From: Macrostomum lignano
Lineage: Eukaryota
DNA: 64,000 bases
Assembly: GCA_002269645.1 (NCBI GenBank)
Contig: NIVC01000278.1
Location: forward strand, 375,070 to 439,069
Reading direction: 5' to 3'
The position numbers were made by a program, and so were the translations under genes. The notes under the pieces were generated by a model. It did no database searches. It had not been told where the DNA came from and worked only from the letters and a program-made list of their open reading frames with translations. Positions 1 through 12,047 of the stretch are shown in pieces. The stretch's first letter is position 1. Each line of letters opens with the position of its first letter.

Positions 1-174
1 TAGTATCTAGGCTAAGAAGCGTCCCAAGAGTCACTTTCGTTGTCTGAACGGTGTGTTTTTGAACGGTTATGCACAAACTACACTACTTTAAATTAGCTGG
101 TAAGTAGTAATCAATGCTTTTTATAGGAAAAAAATAATACAAAAGACGAAAAATTCCCCCCCTCTCTCTCTCAC

Positions 175-424
175 CCAGGCCGTCAACGTTGCGCATTCCG
201 TCAAAAAAATGAGGCGTCGCCACCCCAGCAATGAGCAGATTGAGCAGTGCCTGGCTGCCATTTCCGCTGCGCGGATCAACAAGGGATTCTTCTTCGTCTG
301 CCACCTGTTGGCGAACTTGATCTACGCCTAGCGTGAGCACGGCTGAGTACACCAGGGATAGCAGGCCCAGTTTGCCTAGTAGGCCTTGCAGTACTGACAT
401 GACCATCTGCTCCATGAGGTCGGG
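175..424 (-). CDS. MINDY3: MINDY3 coding exon 3 (gene continues left of the window)
   Basis: GLLSLVYSAVLTLGVDQVRQQVADEEESLVDPRSGNGSQALLNLLIAGVATPHFFDG aligns by eye to MINDY3 GVLLFLYSVLLTKGIENIKNEIEDASEPLIDPVYGHGSQSLINLLLTGHAVSNVWDG. Acceptor CGCAG|CCC at 425/424, donor G|GTGAGA at 175/174. Confidence 0.92.
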
Positions 425-446
425 CTGCGGTGCGGGGTGAGGGGGC

Positions 447-3400
447 GATGCTTAGTGAAGGGTCAGGGGACATGCTTAGTGAAGGATCAGGGGAGATGCT
501 TAGTGAAGGGTCAGGGGAGATGCTTAGTGAAGGATCAGGGGAGATGCTTAGTGAAGGATCAGGGGAGATGCTTAGTGAAGGGTCAGGGGAGATGCTTAGT
601 GAAGGATCAGGGGAGATGCTTAGTGAAGGATCAGGAGCGATGCTTAGTGAAGGGTCAGGAGCGATGCTTAGTGAAGGGTCAGGGAGATGCTTAGTGAAGG
701 ATCAGGGGAGATGCTTAGTGAAGGATCAGGGGAGATGCTTAGTGAAGGATCAGGGGAGATGCTTAGTGAAGGGTCAGGGAGATGCTTAGTGAAGGATCAG
801 GGGAGATGCTTAGTGAAGGGTCAGGGGAGATGCTTAGTGAAGGTCAGGGGAGATGCTTAGTGAAGGATCAGGGGAGATGCTTAGTGAAGGGTCAGGGAGA
901 TGCTTAGTGAAGGATCAGGGGAGATGCTTAGTGAAGGATCAGGGGAGATGCTTAGTGAAGGATCAGGGGAGATGCTTAGTGAAGGATCAGGGGAGATGCT
1001 TAGTGAAGGATCAGGGGAGATGCTTAGTGAAGGATCAGGGGAGATGCTTAGTGAAGGATCAGGGGAGATGCTTAGTGAAGGATCAGGGGAGATGCTTAGT
1101 GAAGGATCAGGGGAGATGCTTAGTGAAGGATCAGGGGAGATGCTTAGTGAAGGATCAGGGGAGATGCTTAGTGAAGGATCAGGGGAGATGCTTAGTGAAG
1201 GATCAGGGGAGATGCTTAGTGAAGGATCAGGGGAGATGCTTAGTGAAGGATCAGGGGAGATGCTTAGTGAAGGATCAGGGGAGATGCTTAGTGAAGGGTC
1301 AGGGGAGATGCTTAGTGAAGGATCAGGAGCGATGCTTAGTGAAGGGTCAGGGGCGATGCTTAGTGAAGGGTCAGGGGAGATGCTTAGTGAAGGATCAGGG
1401 GAGATGCTTAGTGAAGGATCAGGGGAGATGCTTAGTGAAGGATCAGGGGAGATGCTTAGTGAAGGATCAGGGGAGATGCTTAGTGAAGGATCAGGGGAGA
1501 TGCTTAGTGAAGGATCAGGGGAGATGCTTAGTGAAGGATCAGGGGAGATGCTTAGTGAAGGATCAGGGGAGATGCTTAGTGAAGGATCAGGGGAGATGCT
1601 TAGTGAAGGATCAGGGGAGATGCTTAGTGAAGGATCAGGGGAGATGCTTAGTGAAGGGTCAGGGGAGATGCTTAGTGAAGGATCAGGAGCGATGCTTAGT
1701 GAAGGGTCAGGGGCGATGCTTAGTGAAGGGTCAGGGGAGATGCTTAGTGAAGGATCAGGGGAGATGCTTAGTGAAGGATCAGGGGAGATGCTTAGTGAAG
1801 GATCAGGGGAGATGCTTAGTGAAGGATCAGGGGAGATGCTTAGTGAAGGGTCAGGGGAGATGCTTAGTGAAGGATCAGGGGAGATGCTTAGTGAAGGATC
1901 AGGGGAGATGCTTAGTGAAGGATCAGGGGAGATGCTTAGTGAAGGGTCAGGGGAGATGCTTAGTGAAGGGTCAGGGGAGATGCTTAGTGAAGGGTCAGGG
2001 GAGATGCTTAGTGAAGGGTCAGGGGAGATGCTTAGTGAAGGGTCAGGGGAGATGCTTAGTGAAGGGTCAGGGGAGATGCTTAGTGAAGGGTCAGGGGAGA
2101 TGCTTAGTGAAGGATCAGGAGCGATGCTTAGTGAAGGGACAGGAGCGATGCTTAGTGAAGGGTCAGGGGAGATGCTTAGTGAAGGGTCAGGGGAGATGCT
2201 TAGTGAAGGGTCAGGGGAGATGCTTAGTGAAGGATCAGGAGCGATGCTTAGTGAAGGGTCAGGGGAGATGCTTAGTGAAGGGTCAGGAGCGATGCTTAGT
2301 GAAGTGTCAGGAGCGATGCTTAGTGAAGGGTCAGGGGAGATGCTTAGTGAAGGGTCAGGAGCGATGCTTAGTGAAGGGTCAGGGGAGATGCTTAGTGAAG
2401 GGTCAGAGAGATGCTTAGTGAAGGGTCAGGGGAGATGCTTAGTGAAGGGTCAGGAGCGATGCTTAGTGAAGGGTCAGGAGCGATGCTTAGTGAAGGGTCA
2501 GGGGAGATGCTTAGTGAAGGGTCAGGGGAGATGCTTAGTGAAGGGTCAGGGGAGATGCTTAGTGAAGGGTCAGGGGAGATGCTTAGTGAAGGGTCAGGGG
2601 AGATGCTTAGTGAAGGGTCAGGGGAGATGCTTAGTGAAGGATCAGGGGAGATGCTTAGTGAAGGATCAGGGGAGATGCTTAGTGAAGGATCAGGAGCGAT
2701 GCTTAGTGAAGGGTCAGGAGCAATGCTTAGTGAAGGGTCAGGGGAGATGCTTAGTGAAGGGTCAGGGGAGATGCTTAGTGAAGGATCAGGGGAGATGCTT
2801 AGTGAAGGATCAGGGGAGATGCTTAGTGAAGGATCAGGGGAGATGCTTAGTGAAGGGTCAGGGGAGATGCTTAGTGAAGGATCAGGGGAGATGCTTAGTG
2901 AAGGGTCAGGAGCGATGCTTAGTGAAGGGTCAGGAGCGATGCTTAGTGAAGGGTCAGGGGAGATGCTTAGTGAAGGGTCAGGGGAGATGCTTAGTGAAGG
3001 GTAAGGAGCGATGCTTAGTGAAGGATCAGGAGCGATGCTTAGTGAAGGATCAGGGGACATGCTTAGTGAAGGATCAGGAGCGATGCTTAGTGAAGGGTCA
3101 GGAGCGATGCTTAGTGAAGGATCAGGGGAGATGCTTAGTGAAGGGTCAGGAGCGATGCTTAGTGAAGGGTCAGGAGCGATGCTTAGTGAAGGGTCAGGGG
3201 AGATGCTTAGTGAAGGATCAGGGGAGATGCTTAGTGAAGGATCAGGGGAGATGCTTAGTGAAGGATCAGGGGAGATGCTTAGTGAAGGATCAGGAGCGAT
3301 GCTTAGTGAAGGGTCAGGAGCGATGCTTAGTGAAGGGGCAGGGGAGATGCTTAGTGAAGGTCAGGGGCGATGCTTAGTGAAGGGTCAGGGGAGATGCTTA

Positions 3401-6352
3401 GTGAAGGGTCAGGAGCGATGCTTAGTGAAGGGTCAGGGGAGATGCTTAGTGAAGGGTCAGGGGACATGCTTAGTGAAGGATCAGGGGAGATGCTTAGTGA
3501 AGGATCAGGAGCGATGCTTAGTGAAGGGTCAGGAGCGATGCTTAGTGAAGGTCAGGGGCGATGCTTAGTGAAGGATCAGGGGAGATGCTTAGTGAAGGAT
3601 CAGGGGAGATGCTTAGTGAAGGATCAGGGGAGATGCTTAGTGAAGGATCAGGGGAGATGCTTAGTGAAGGATCAGGGGAGATGCTTAGTGAAGGATCAGG
3701 GGAGATGCTTAGTGAAGGATCAGGGGAGATGCTTAGTGAAGGATCAGGGGAGATGCTTAGTGAAGGATCAGGGGAGATGCTTAGTGAAGGATCAGGGGAG
3801 ATGCTTAGTGAAGGATCAGGGGAGATGCTTAGTGAAGGATCAGGGGAGATGCTTAGTGAAGGATCAGGGGAGATGCTTAGTGAAGGATCAGGGGAGATGC
3901 TTAGTGAAGGGTCAGGGGCGATGCTTAGTGAAGGGTCAGGGGAGATGCTTAGTGAAGGATCAGGGGAGATGCTTAGTGAAGGATCAGGGGAGATGCTTAG
4001 TGAAGGATCAGGGGAGATGCTTAGTGAAGGATCAGGGGAGATGCTTAGTGAAGGATCAGGGGAGATGCTTAGTGAAGGATCAGGGGAGATGCTTAGTGAA
4101 GGATCAGGGGAGATGCTTAGTGAAGGATCAGGGGAGATGCTTAGTGAAGGATCAGGGGAGATGCTTAGTGAAGGATCAGGGGAGATGCTTAGTGAAGGAT
4201 CAGGGGAGATGCTTAGTGAAGGATCAGGGGAGATGCTTAGTGAAGGATCAGGGGAGATGCTTAGTGAAGGATCAGGGGAGATGCTTAGTGAAGGATCAGG
4301 GGAGATGCTTAGTGAAGGATCAGGGGAGATGCTTAGTGAAGGATCAGGGGAGATGCTTAGTGAAGGATCAGGGGAGATGCTTAGTGAAGGGTCAGGGGAG
4401 ATGCTTAGTGAAGGGTCAGGGGAGATGCTTAGTGAAGGGTCAGGGGAGATGCTTAGTGAAGGGTCAGGGGAGATGCTTAGTGAAGGGTCAGGGGAGATGC
4501 TTAGTGAAGGATCAGGGGAGATGCTTAGTGAAGGATCAGGGGAGATGCTTAGTGAAGGATCAGGAGCGATGCTTAGTGAAGGGTCAGGAGCGATGCTTAG
4601 TGAAGGGTCAGGGGAGATGCTTAGTGAAGGGTCAGGAGCGATGCTTAGTGAAGGGTCAGGGGATGCTTAGTGAAGGGTCAGGAGCGATGCTTAGTGAAGG
4701 GTCAGGAGCGATGCTTAGTGAAGGGTCAGGGGAGATGCTTAGTGAAGGGTCAGGGGAGATGCTTAGTGAAGGGTCAGGGGAGATGCTTAGTGAAGGATCA
4801 GGGGAGATGCTTAGTGAAGGATCAGGGGAGATGCTTAGTGAAGGATCAGGGGAGATGCTTAGTGAAGGATCAGGGGAGATGCTTAGTGAAGGGTCAGGAG
4901 CGATGCTTAGTGAAGGGTCAGGAGCGATGCTTAGTGAAGGGTCAGGGGAGATGCTTAGTGAAGGGTCAGGGGATGCTTAGTGAAGGGTCAGGAGCGATGC
5001 TTAGTGAAGGATCAGGAGCGATGCTTAGTGAAGGATCAGGAGCGATGCTTAGTGAAGGGTCAGGAGCGATGCTTAGTGAAGGATCAGGAGGATGCTTAGT
5101 GAAGGGTCAGGAGCGATGCTTAGTGAAGGGTCAGGAGCGATGCTTAGTGAAGGGTCAGGAGCGATGCTTAGTGAAGGGTCAGGGGAGATGCTTAGTGAAG
5201 GATCAGGGGAGATGCTTAGTGAAGGATCAGGGGAGATGCTTAGTGTAGGATCAGGAGCGATGCTTAGTGAAGGGTCAGTAGCGATGCTTAGTGAAGGGGC
5301 AGGGGAGATGCTTAGTGAAGGATCAGGAGCGATGCTTAGTGAAGGGTCAGGGGAGATGCTTAGTGAAGGGTCAGGGGAGATGCTTAGTGAAGGGTCAGGG
5401 GAGATGCTTAGTGAAGGATCAGGAGCGATGCTTAGTGAAGGGTCAGGGGAGATGCTTAGTGAAGGTCAGGGCGATGCTTAGTGAAGGGTCAGGGGAGATG
5501 CTTAGTGAAGGTCAGGGGCGATGCTTAGTGAAGGGTCAGGGGAGATGCTTAGTGAAGGGTCAGGAGCGATGCTTAGTGAAGGGTCAGGGGAGATGCTTAG
5601 TGAAGGGTCAGGGGAGATGCTTAGTGAAGGGTCAGGGGAGATGCTTAGTGAAGGATCAGGAGCGATGCTTAGTGAAGGGTCAGGGGAGATGCTTAGTGAA
5701 GGTCAGGGGCGATGCTTAGTGAAGGGTCAGGGAGATGCTTAGTGAAGGTCAGGGGCGATGCTTAGTGAAGGATCAGGAGCGATGCTTAGTGAAGGATCAG
5801 GAGCGATGCTTAGTGAAGGATCAGGGGAGATGCTTAGTGAAGGATCAGGGGAGATGCTTAGTGAAGGATCAGGGGAGATGCTTAGTGAAGGATCAGGGGA
5901 GATGCTTAGTGAAGGGTCAGGGGAGATGCTTAGTGAAGGGTCAGGGGAGATGCTTAGTGAAGGGTCAGGGGAGATGCTTAGTGAAGGATCAGGGGAGATG
6001 CTTAGTGAAGGATCAGGGGAGATGCTTAGTGAAGGATCAGGGGAGATGCTTAGTGAAGGATCAGGGGAGATGCTTAGTGAAGGATCAGGGAAGATGCTTA
6101 GTGAAGGGTCAGGGGAGATGCTTAGTGAAGGGTCAGGGGCGATTGTTAGTGAAGGATCAGGGGAGATGCTTAGTGAAGGGTCAGGGGAGATGCTTAGTGA
6201 AGGATCAGGGGAGATGCTTAGTGAAGGGTCAGGGGAGATGCTTAGTGAAGGGTCAGGGGAGATGCTTAGTGAAGGATCAGGGGAGATGCTTAGTGAAGGG
6301 TCAGGGGAGATGCTTAGTGAAGGGTCAGGGGCGATTCTTAGTGAAGAACTAG
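447..6352. repeat. 24-bp minisatellite (ATGCTTAGTGAAGGRTCAGGGGAG)n, ~245 units, filling MINDY3 intron 2
   Basis: Uninterrupted tandem units with few variants (GGA/GGG, GGAG/AGCG) and occasional 23-bp units. Confidence 0.99.
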
Positions 6353-6401
6353 GAGCCGATTTAAATAGGTATAAATATAAATAATGCGGTCTTCAACCAA
6401 C

Positions 6402-6593
6402 CTGTACAGGTGGGGGAACCTCGGACTTTCGCAGACTCTGTCGAATCTCTTCAATACTGATCACTGTAGAGCCGTCTTCTTCGCTGAGGAGCTCTTCGGG
6501 TTGGAAAACCAGCACGCAGCAGCCGCCGTTGCTGTCAGCCAGCTGCTGCATAACGGCTGCGATTGCTTGGGTAAGCAGCACTGTGGAATCGCC
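6402..6593 (-). CDS. MINDY3: MINDY3 coding exon 2
   Basis: Acceptor CACAG|GGC at 6594/6593 and donor CAG|GTTGGT at 6402/6401, both phase 0 and in frame with exons 1 and 3; GDSTVLLTQAIAAVMQQLADSNGGCCVLVF...EEIRQSLRKSEVPPPVQ. Confidence 0.8.
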
Positions 6594-6599
6594 CTGTGG

Positions 6600-7330
6600 G
6601 GATAAGGAATATGGGAGATGGGATAAGGGATATGAAAGATGATAAGGGAGATGGGAGATGGGAGATAGGAGATGGGATAAGGGAGATGGGATAAGGGAGA
6701 TGGGATAAGGGTGATGGGAGATGGGATAAGGGGGGTGGGAGATGGGATAAGGGGGATGGGATAAGGGAGATGGGATAAGGGTGATGGGAGATGGGATAAG
6801 GGGGTGGGAGATGGGATAAGGGTGATGGGAGATGGGATAAGGGGGGTGGGAGATGGGATAAGGGAGATGGGATAAGGGAGATGGGATAAGGGTGATGGGA
6901 GATGGGATAAGGGGGTGGGAGATGGGATAAGGGAGATGGGATAAGGGAGATGGGATAAGGGAGATGGGATAAGGGTGATGGGAGATGGGATAAGGGAGAT
7001 GGGATAAGGGAGATGGATAAGGGTGATGGGAGATGGGATAAGGGGGTGGGAGATGGGATAAGGGAGATGGGATAAGGGAGATGGGATAAGGGAGATGGGA
7101 TAAGGGTGATGGGAGATGGGATAAGGGGGTGGGAGATGGGATAAGGGAGATGGGATAAGGGAGATGGGATAAGGGTGATGGGAGATGGGATAAGGGGGGT
7201 GGGAGATGGGATAAGGGAGATGGGATAAGGGGGATGGGAGATGGGATAAGGGGGGTGGGAGATGGGATAAGGGAGATGGGATAAGGAAGATGGGAGATGG
7301 AATAAGGAAGATAGAGATGGGAAATAGGAT
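6600..7330. repeat. G-rich ~14-bp minisatellite (GGGAGATGGGATAA)n in MINDY3 intron 1
   Basis: Directly visible tandem units alternating GGGAGAT and GGGATAA. Confidence 0.97.
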
Positions 7331-7412
7331 AAAAGAGAGGAAAGGATAGAGTTGGAGAAAAGGTACTCACAAATTAACCAGACACACATTAAACAGCATT
7401 GCCCTAGCATAC

Positions 7413-7649
7413 CTTAAAGTCCTGAGGCTGCAGACAGCCATGTTTGAATATGGCCAATTGGATCATGTGTGCCTGAATAGCAGCAACCACAGCACAGGGT
7501 CCACCCTGCAACTGCAGCAAAGCTGTGGGCTCATCCTCGCTAAACTGGAATCCCTGAAGCCAGCGAGCCAGGGTGTCTGGCGAAGGCTCTGCAGGGCCCC
7601 ACACCAGCTTGTTGCAGGCTGACCATTCTGATTCATCTAGGATGGACAT
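7413..7649 (-). CDS. MINDY3: MINDY3/FAM188A deubiquitinase, coding exon 1
   Basis: MSILDESEWSACNKLVWG...RWLQGFQFSEDEPTALLQLQGGPCAVVAAIQA matches the MINDY3 N-terminus (human LVWG...RWTQGFVFSESEGSALEQFEGGPCAVIAPVQA), including the catalytic Cys in GGPCAV. Phase-0 donor AAG|GTATGC at 7413/7412. Confidence 0.93.
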
Positions 7650-8169
7650 GATCCACTGTTGCAGCGTTGGGTGGACTAAGGAATGGAAGACAGTTTCTAG
7701 GCTAGATTTAGAGCTGTTGCATGAATTGTATTTTTATTAGACTTTAATTGTTAAAATAATCATTTTTAAAGATCTTAAAAATAAATTGAAACACATTATA
7801 TATATAAGAAATTAAACATGAAGAAAATTATTTATTGCACAATGAATATACTAATTGGTGCCCTTTGGCTTCAATTTCAATTCAATATAACAAAATGATA
7901 CATTGATATCCCTTGAAATATTAATCTTCATATAAGGTCAAATATTACTTATACTTTTTTAAATTAAAGAATATTGATTCTTTAATATAAAATTTTTATT
8001 CTAATTCTACACTGACTTAAAAAAGGTGGCAAACAAAATTGATATTATTTTGAAAGAAATTATTGATTGTATTATATTAAATAAATCCAAATTAAAAAAA
8101 TCATGGAATAGGCCAAAATAAATAGTCCAATTAGAGTTTGGAGTCTAAAAGTTGAAAGTTACATTTTAA

Positions 8170-8335
8170 TCTCTACCTATAAAAATCCTAACTCTGTCTG
8201 TCTGTGTATGTACAATTTTGATCGCTTTGGACTCCTAAACTGCTCAACTAAATTACACCAAATTTTGCACTCACCCTGAAATCACTAGGGAGAATGTCTT
8301 TGGCTACCTTTAAATTTCTTAAATTTGAGCCTTCC
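8170..8335 (+). mobile_element. 5' end of non-autonomous Helitron-type element with (CTGT)n
   Basis: A|TCTCTACCTATAAAAATC start followed by CTGT microsatellite; inverted homologous copy at ~11870-12047. Confidence 0.6.
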
Positions 8336-8382
8336 TACCTAAAAGTGCAAAAAACTTATCAAAATACATAGTTTTTTACTAA

Positions 8383-8897
8383 GGCAGTGCTTATCCCCAC
8401 GGTACCGTAGGAATAATTTCTGTCTTATTCCAATGGTACCGTGCGAATAATTTTCTGCTTATCCGCATGGCACACTGACGAGATAGCTGCCCTATACGTC
8501 CTCTGTTTTATTCCCTCTGCTTTACTAGCTGCCCTATCTGCTACAATATGCTGTGCGTGAATAGTTTATAGCTTATTGAAAGGGAATTTGAACTGAGGAT
8601 ACTAAGAAGCTGTTGATCTTGATGTATAAACTCGAATCAGTTCTAGACTAGTATATGCATGTGTAAATGCGTGTTATTCTGCTTTACTGATACCCTTCTG
8701 TATACTTATTCAATAATAATTCAACAAAGTTGTTATACTGCACTCAAATCGTATGTACTAAACTTCCCACGGCATATGTAGAAGATAAGGCAGCTATCTT
8801 GTCAGTGTGCCGTGCGGATAAGCAGAAAATTATTCACACGGTACCGTTGGAATAAGACAGAAATTATTCCTACGGTACCGTGGGGATAAGCACTGCC
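8383..8897. mobile_element. Mutator-like MITE
   Basis: ~110-bp TIRs starting GGCAGTGCTTATCCCCACGGTACC; 9-bp TSD TTTTACTAA at 8374-8382 and 8898-8906. Confidence 0.9.
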
Positions 8898-9329
8898 TTT
8901 TACTAAATCTTTCAAAGTGCCACTGGCTCATCCCATATAAGCATGGTCGTAACATGACAGGTTATTTTTACTTATAAAATGAAATCTAATAATAGAATAT
9001 ACTAAACCAATATTTTAAATGAAAGACAAGCTGTTGAAACCCGCGGATTTTGAACCCGGGGAATTCTAATCTCCGGAACTACTTTTGCATGTATTCTGAA
9101 ATCTAAGGCCATACACTAACAAATTAATAGTAGGATAGAGGTAGACATAAAATGGAGCACATTCGTGTAAAATTAGGGTTTGAGGCAAACGTTGATATTG
9201 TTGGCTGGGGTACTGCGCAGAATGTCAGGCAATGTCTGTCTGACTCTAAAACATATATTGCTAAACTCTGGTCTCTCCCTGACTCTCCCTACGTCCCTTG
9301 GATCCTTTAAAATTTCTATCGTCTCTTTG

Positions 9330-9717
9330 TTTCCTTTCTTCTCTCTCATCCCTCGTCTCTCCTCTCTCTTCTCTCCTCTCTTCTCTTGTATCTTCCCTCA
9401 TCTCTCTTCCCTATTCTTTTCTCTCTCCTCTTCTCTCTCCTTTCTACTTTTCGTTTTCTCTCTGCTCTTCTCTCTCCTCTCTACTCTTTCGTTTTCTCTC
9501 TCCTCTCCTCTCTCCTCTCTCCCCCTCTTCTCTCGTCTCTCCCCTCACATCTTTCCTCTCTCTCTTTCCACTCATCTCTTTTCTTGTTTTATATCTTCTC
9601 TCTCCCCTCGTCGCCCGTCTCTTCCCTCACCTCTCTTCTCTCTCGTCTGCTCTTTCATCTCTCCTTTCTCTTCTTTTATCTTTTCTCTCTTATCTCTTCT
9701 CGTTTCTATCTGCTCTG

Positions 9718-9802
<85 letters not shown>

Positions 9803-10810
9803 CCCTCTTTATTCTCCTATTTCCTCTTCTCTCTCCCTGTCTCTCCTCTCTCCTCTAGTCTCTGTAATCTCTTCTCTCCCATCTTTCTTCTCCTCTCTAC
9901 TCTCTCCCCTCCATTCTCCTCTTTTCTCTCCTCTCGCCTCACTCACTTCTCTCTCCCTTTGTCTCTCCTCTCGTCTCTGTAATCTCTTCTCTCTTATCTC
10001 TCTTCTGTTCTCTCTATTCTCCCATCTCTCGTCTGTTCATTTTCGTCTCTGCTCTCAGCTCATCCCCCCTCTTTCATCTGTCATCTTTACTGTCTTAATG
10101 TTCTTTCATTTTGTCCTCTGTACTCTTTTCTTTCACCTCTTTTGTCTCCTCACTTTCCTTTCTCCTTTCTTCTCTTCTCTTCTCTTCCCTCTTCTATATA
10201 CTCTCTCCATCTCTTGTCTCGTCTCTTCTCTCTCCACTCTCCTCCTTTATCTCTCATCTCTCATTTCTCATCTCTCCTTACACCTCTCTCATCTGTACAA
10301 CTTTATCTCTTCTCTCTTCCATTCTCTCTCTTATCTCTCCTTTCTCCTCTTTACTAACTCCTCTCTACTCGCTCCTCTACACTCTCCTCTCCACTCGCTA
10401 CTCTACTGTCTACTCTCTCCTATCTACTCTACTGTCTACTCTCTCCTATCTACTCGCTCCTCTACTCGCTCCTCTACTCTCTCCTCTCTACTCGCCCCTC
10501 TACTCGCTCTTCTACTCTCTCCTCTCTACTCGCTCCTCTCTACTCTTTCCTCTCCACTCGCTACTCTACTCTCTACTCTCTCCTCTCTACTCGCTACTCT
10601 ACTCTCTCCTCTCTACTCGCTCCTCTCTACTCTTTCCTCTCTACTCGCTCCTCTACTCTCTCCTCTCTACTCGCTCCTCTACTCTCTCCTCTCTACTCTC
10701 TCCTCTCATCGTCCTCACTCCCTCATCTCTCCTATTATCTTTTATCTTTTCTCTTATTCCCTCTCTCACCTCTCCTCTCTTTTCGAATAGTCTATTCCTT
10801 CTTCTCCCCA
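9330..10810. repeat. CT-rich low-complexity tract including (CT)n at ~9722-9802 and CTCTACT-type repeats
   Basis: Nearly purine-free plus strand; the long ORFs are L/S/F-rich artefacts. Confidence 0.95.
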
Positions 10811-10879
10811 CTCTCAACTGCCCCTCAGCCATAAGCTGGATTCTTTTCTGGACTTAGAGGTAAAAGTCTGCCCATTCCT

Positions 10880-11790
10880 GCTTAGAAAGCCAGTTTGTGG
10901 GACGTAGTACTCTCATGGCTGTTCTCATGCTTTGATCATGTCACCTTTCTTGCCAATTTGCAAGCCCTGAAAAGAATTTTTGTATCTTCAGCTCCACTGC
11001 AGTCTGCATCAGTCTAACAACCAAGGAAATACGCATTTCTTAGGAGGCCATTTAAAATTTACACAGTACCTTTAAAAGAAACCTAAAATTTCCATGGTGT
11101 GCCTAATTTAGTAGGGTTATATTGCATTGCATCGCATCGCCTTTTCATAAATCTTTCGCTTTTACAAACCATGCTGGATTCCCTCGATTTGCCAATTGCC
11201 ATCCAGTGTTAAACTGCTGCAGAGTTTGCCAATACAGAGGGGAGGGCAGTGGTTAGAATTCTCACTAAACTGTTATGGCTAAACGTAGCCTCTCCACTCT
11301 CGGGGTGCAGAGAAGGTTATAAATAAAGCTATTCCAAAACACTGTACATTCGCTATGTACATTGAGCCCTATCGCCTGACCCTTCGTCTGGACTGCGGGA
11401 ATGAGTGAGTTGAGCGCCACAAACAACAGAAAAAGCAGACAAACTTCACATGCTTACAGTTTCTGTTCTGATTGAGTTACAGAGTTAAGACTTAACATTT
11501 AGACAGAGAATGAGTCAATGAAGAATTGTGTCAAGTTTGAAGTCAATCGCTTCACGTGGAGCAAACTTATGGCAGCCGAAAGTTAGTCATTTTAAACCCC
11601 TTTTTCACATCTGGGCCCAGATCGGGAAAGAGAGGCAGGCGGGCGGAGGTTGGGGTGGCTGCCTCGCTGAAAAAACAGCCTAACTTTAAAAGTGCACAGC
11701 GGCTTTCAGGAGTAACTTTGAGATTTGAAATTTTACACAATTGTGTCAAAATAGTTGAAAATTGCCTGTGTCAAATTTGAAGAGAATCGG
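10880..11790 (+). repeat. Dispersed repeat family (probable non-autonomous transposon); other copies at ~12745-12910 (inverted), ~21470-21660 (inverted), ~30720-31512 (inverted, internally duplicated) and ~32620-33040 (direct)
   Basis: Shared blocks such as GCAGACAAACTTCACATGCTTACAGTTTCT and GTACTCTCATGGCTGTTCTCATGCTTTGATCATG found in both orientations. Confidence 0.8.
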
Positions 11791-11869
11791 TAGAAGTGGA
11801 GCGGCGCTATGGAGGATTTAGTTAAAAAATCGCGCATTTTGAGCAGTTTTTTGTACTTTTAGGTAGGAA

Positions 11870-11991
11870 GACTTGAGTCTAGGAAATTAAAAGGTAGCCT
11901 AAGACATTCTCCGTAGTAAGTTTAGGGTGGGTGTAAAGTTTGGTGTAATTTGGTTGAGCGGTTTGGGAGTCCATAGCGAAGTAATTTGTCC

Positions 11992-12024
<33 letters not shown>

Positions 12025-12047
12025 GTTTTGATTTTTATAGGTAGAGA
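11870..12047 (-). mobile_element. 5' end of non-autonomous Helitron-type element (second copy)
   Basis: Minus strand A|TCTCTACCTATAAAAATCAAAACTCTGTCTG; homologous to 8170-8335. Confidence 0.6.

Noticed and set aside
447-6352. CRISPR-like array
   Set aside because: Units are directly tandem with no unique spacers, there are no cas genes, and the context is eukaryotic. The same applies to the 21-, 27- and 29-bp arrays.
430-6384. Long ORFs (up to 825 aa) MLSEGSGE/CLVKDQGR repeats
   Set aside because: Artefact of a 24-bp unit lacking stops in some frames; frames switch at 23-bp units; the region is a MINDY3 intron.
9180-10857. 536-aa and overlapping Leu/Ser-rich ORFs
   Set aside because: Translations of CT-rich low-complexity DNA.
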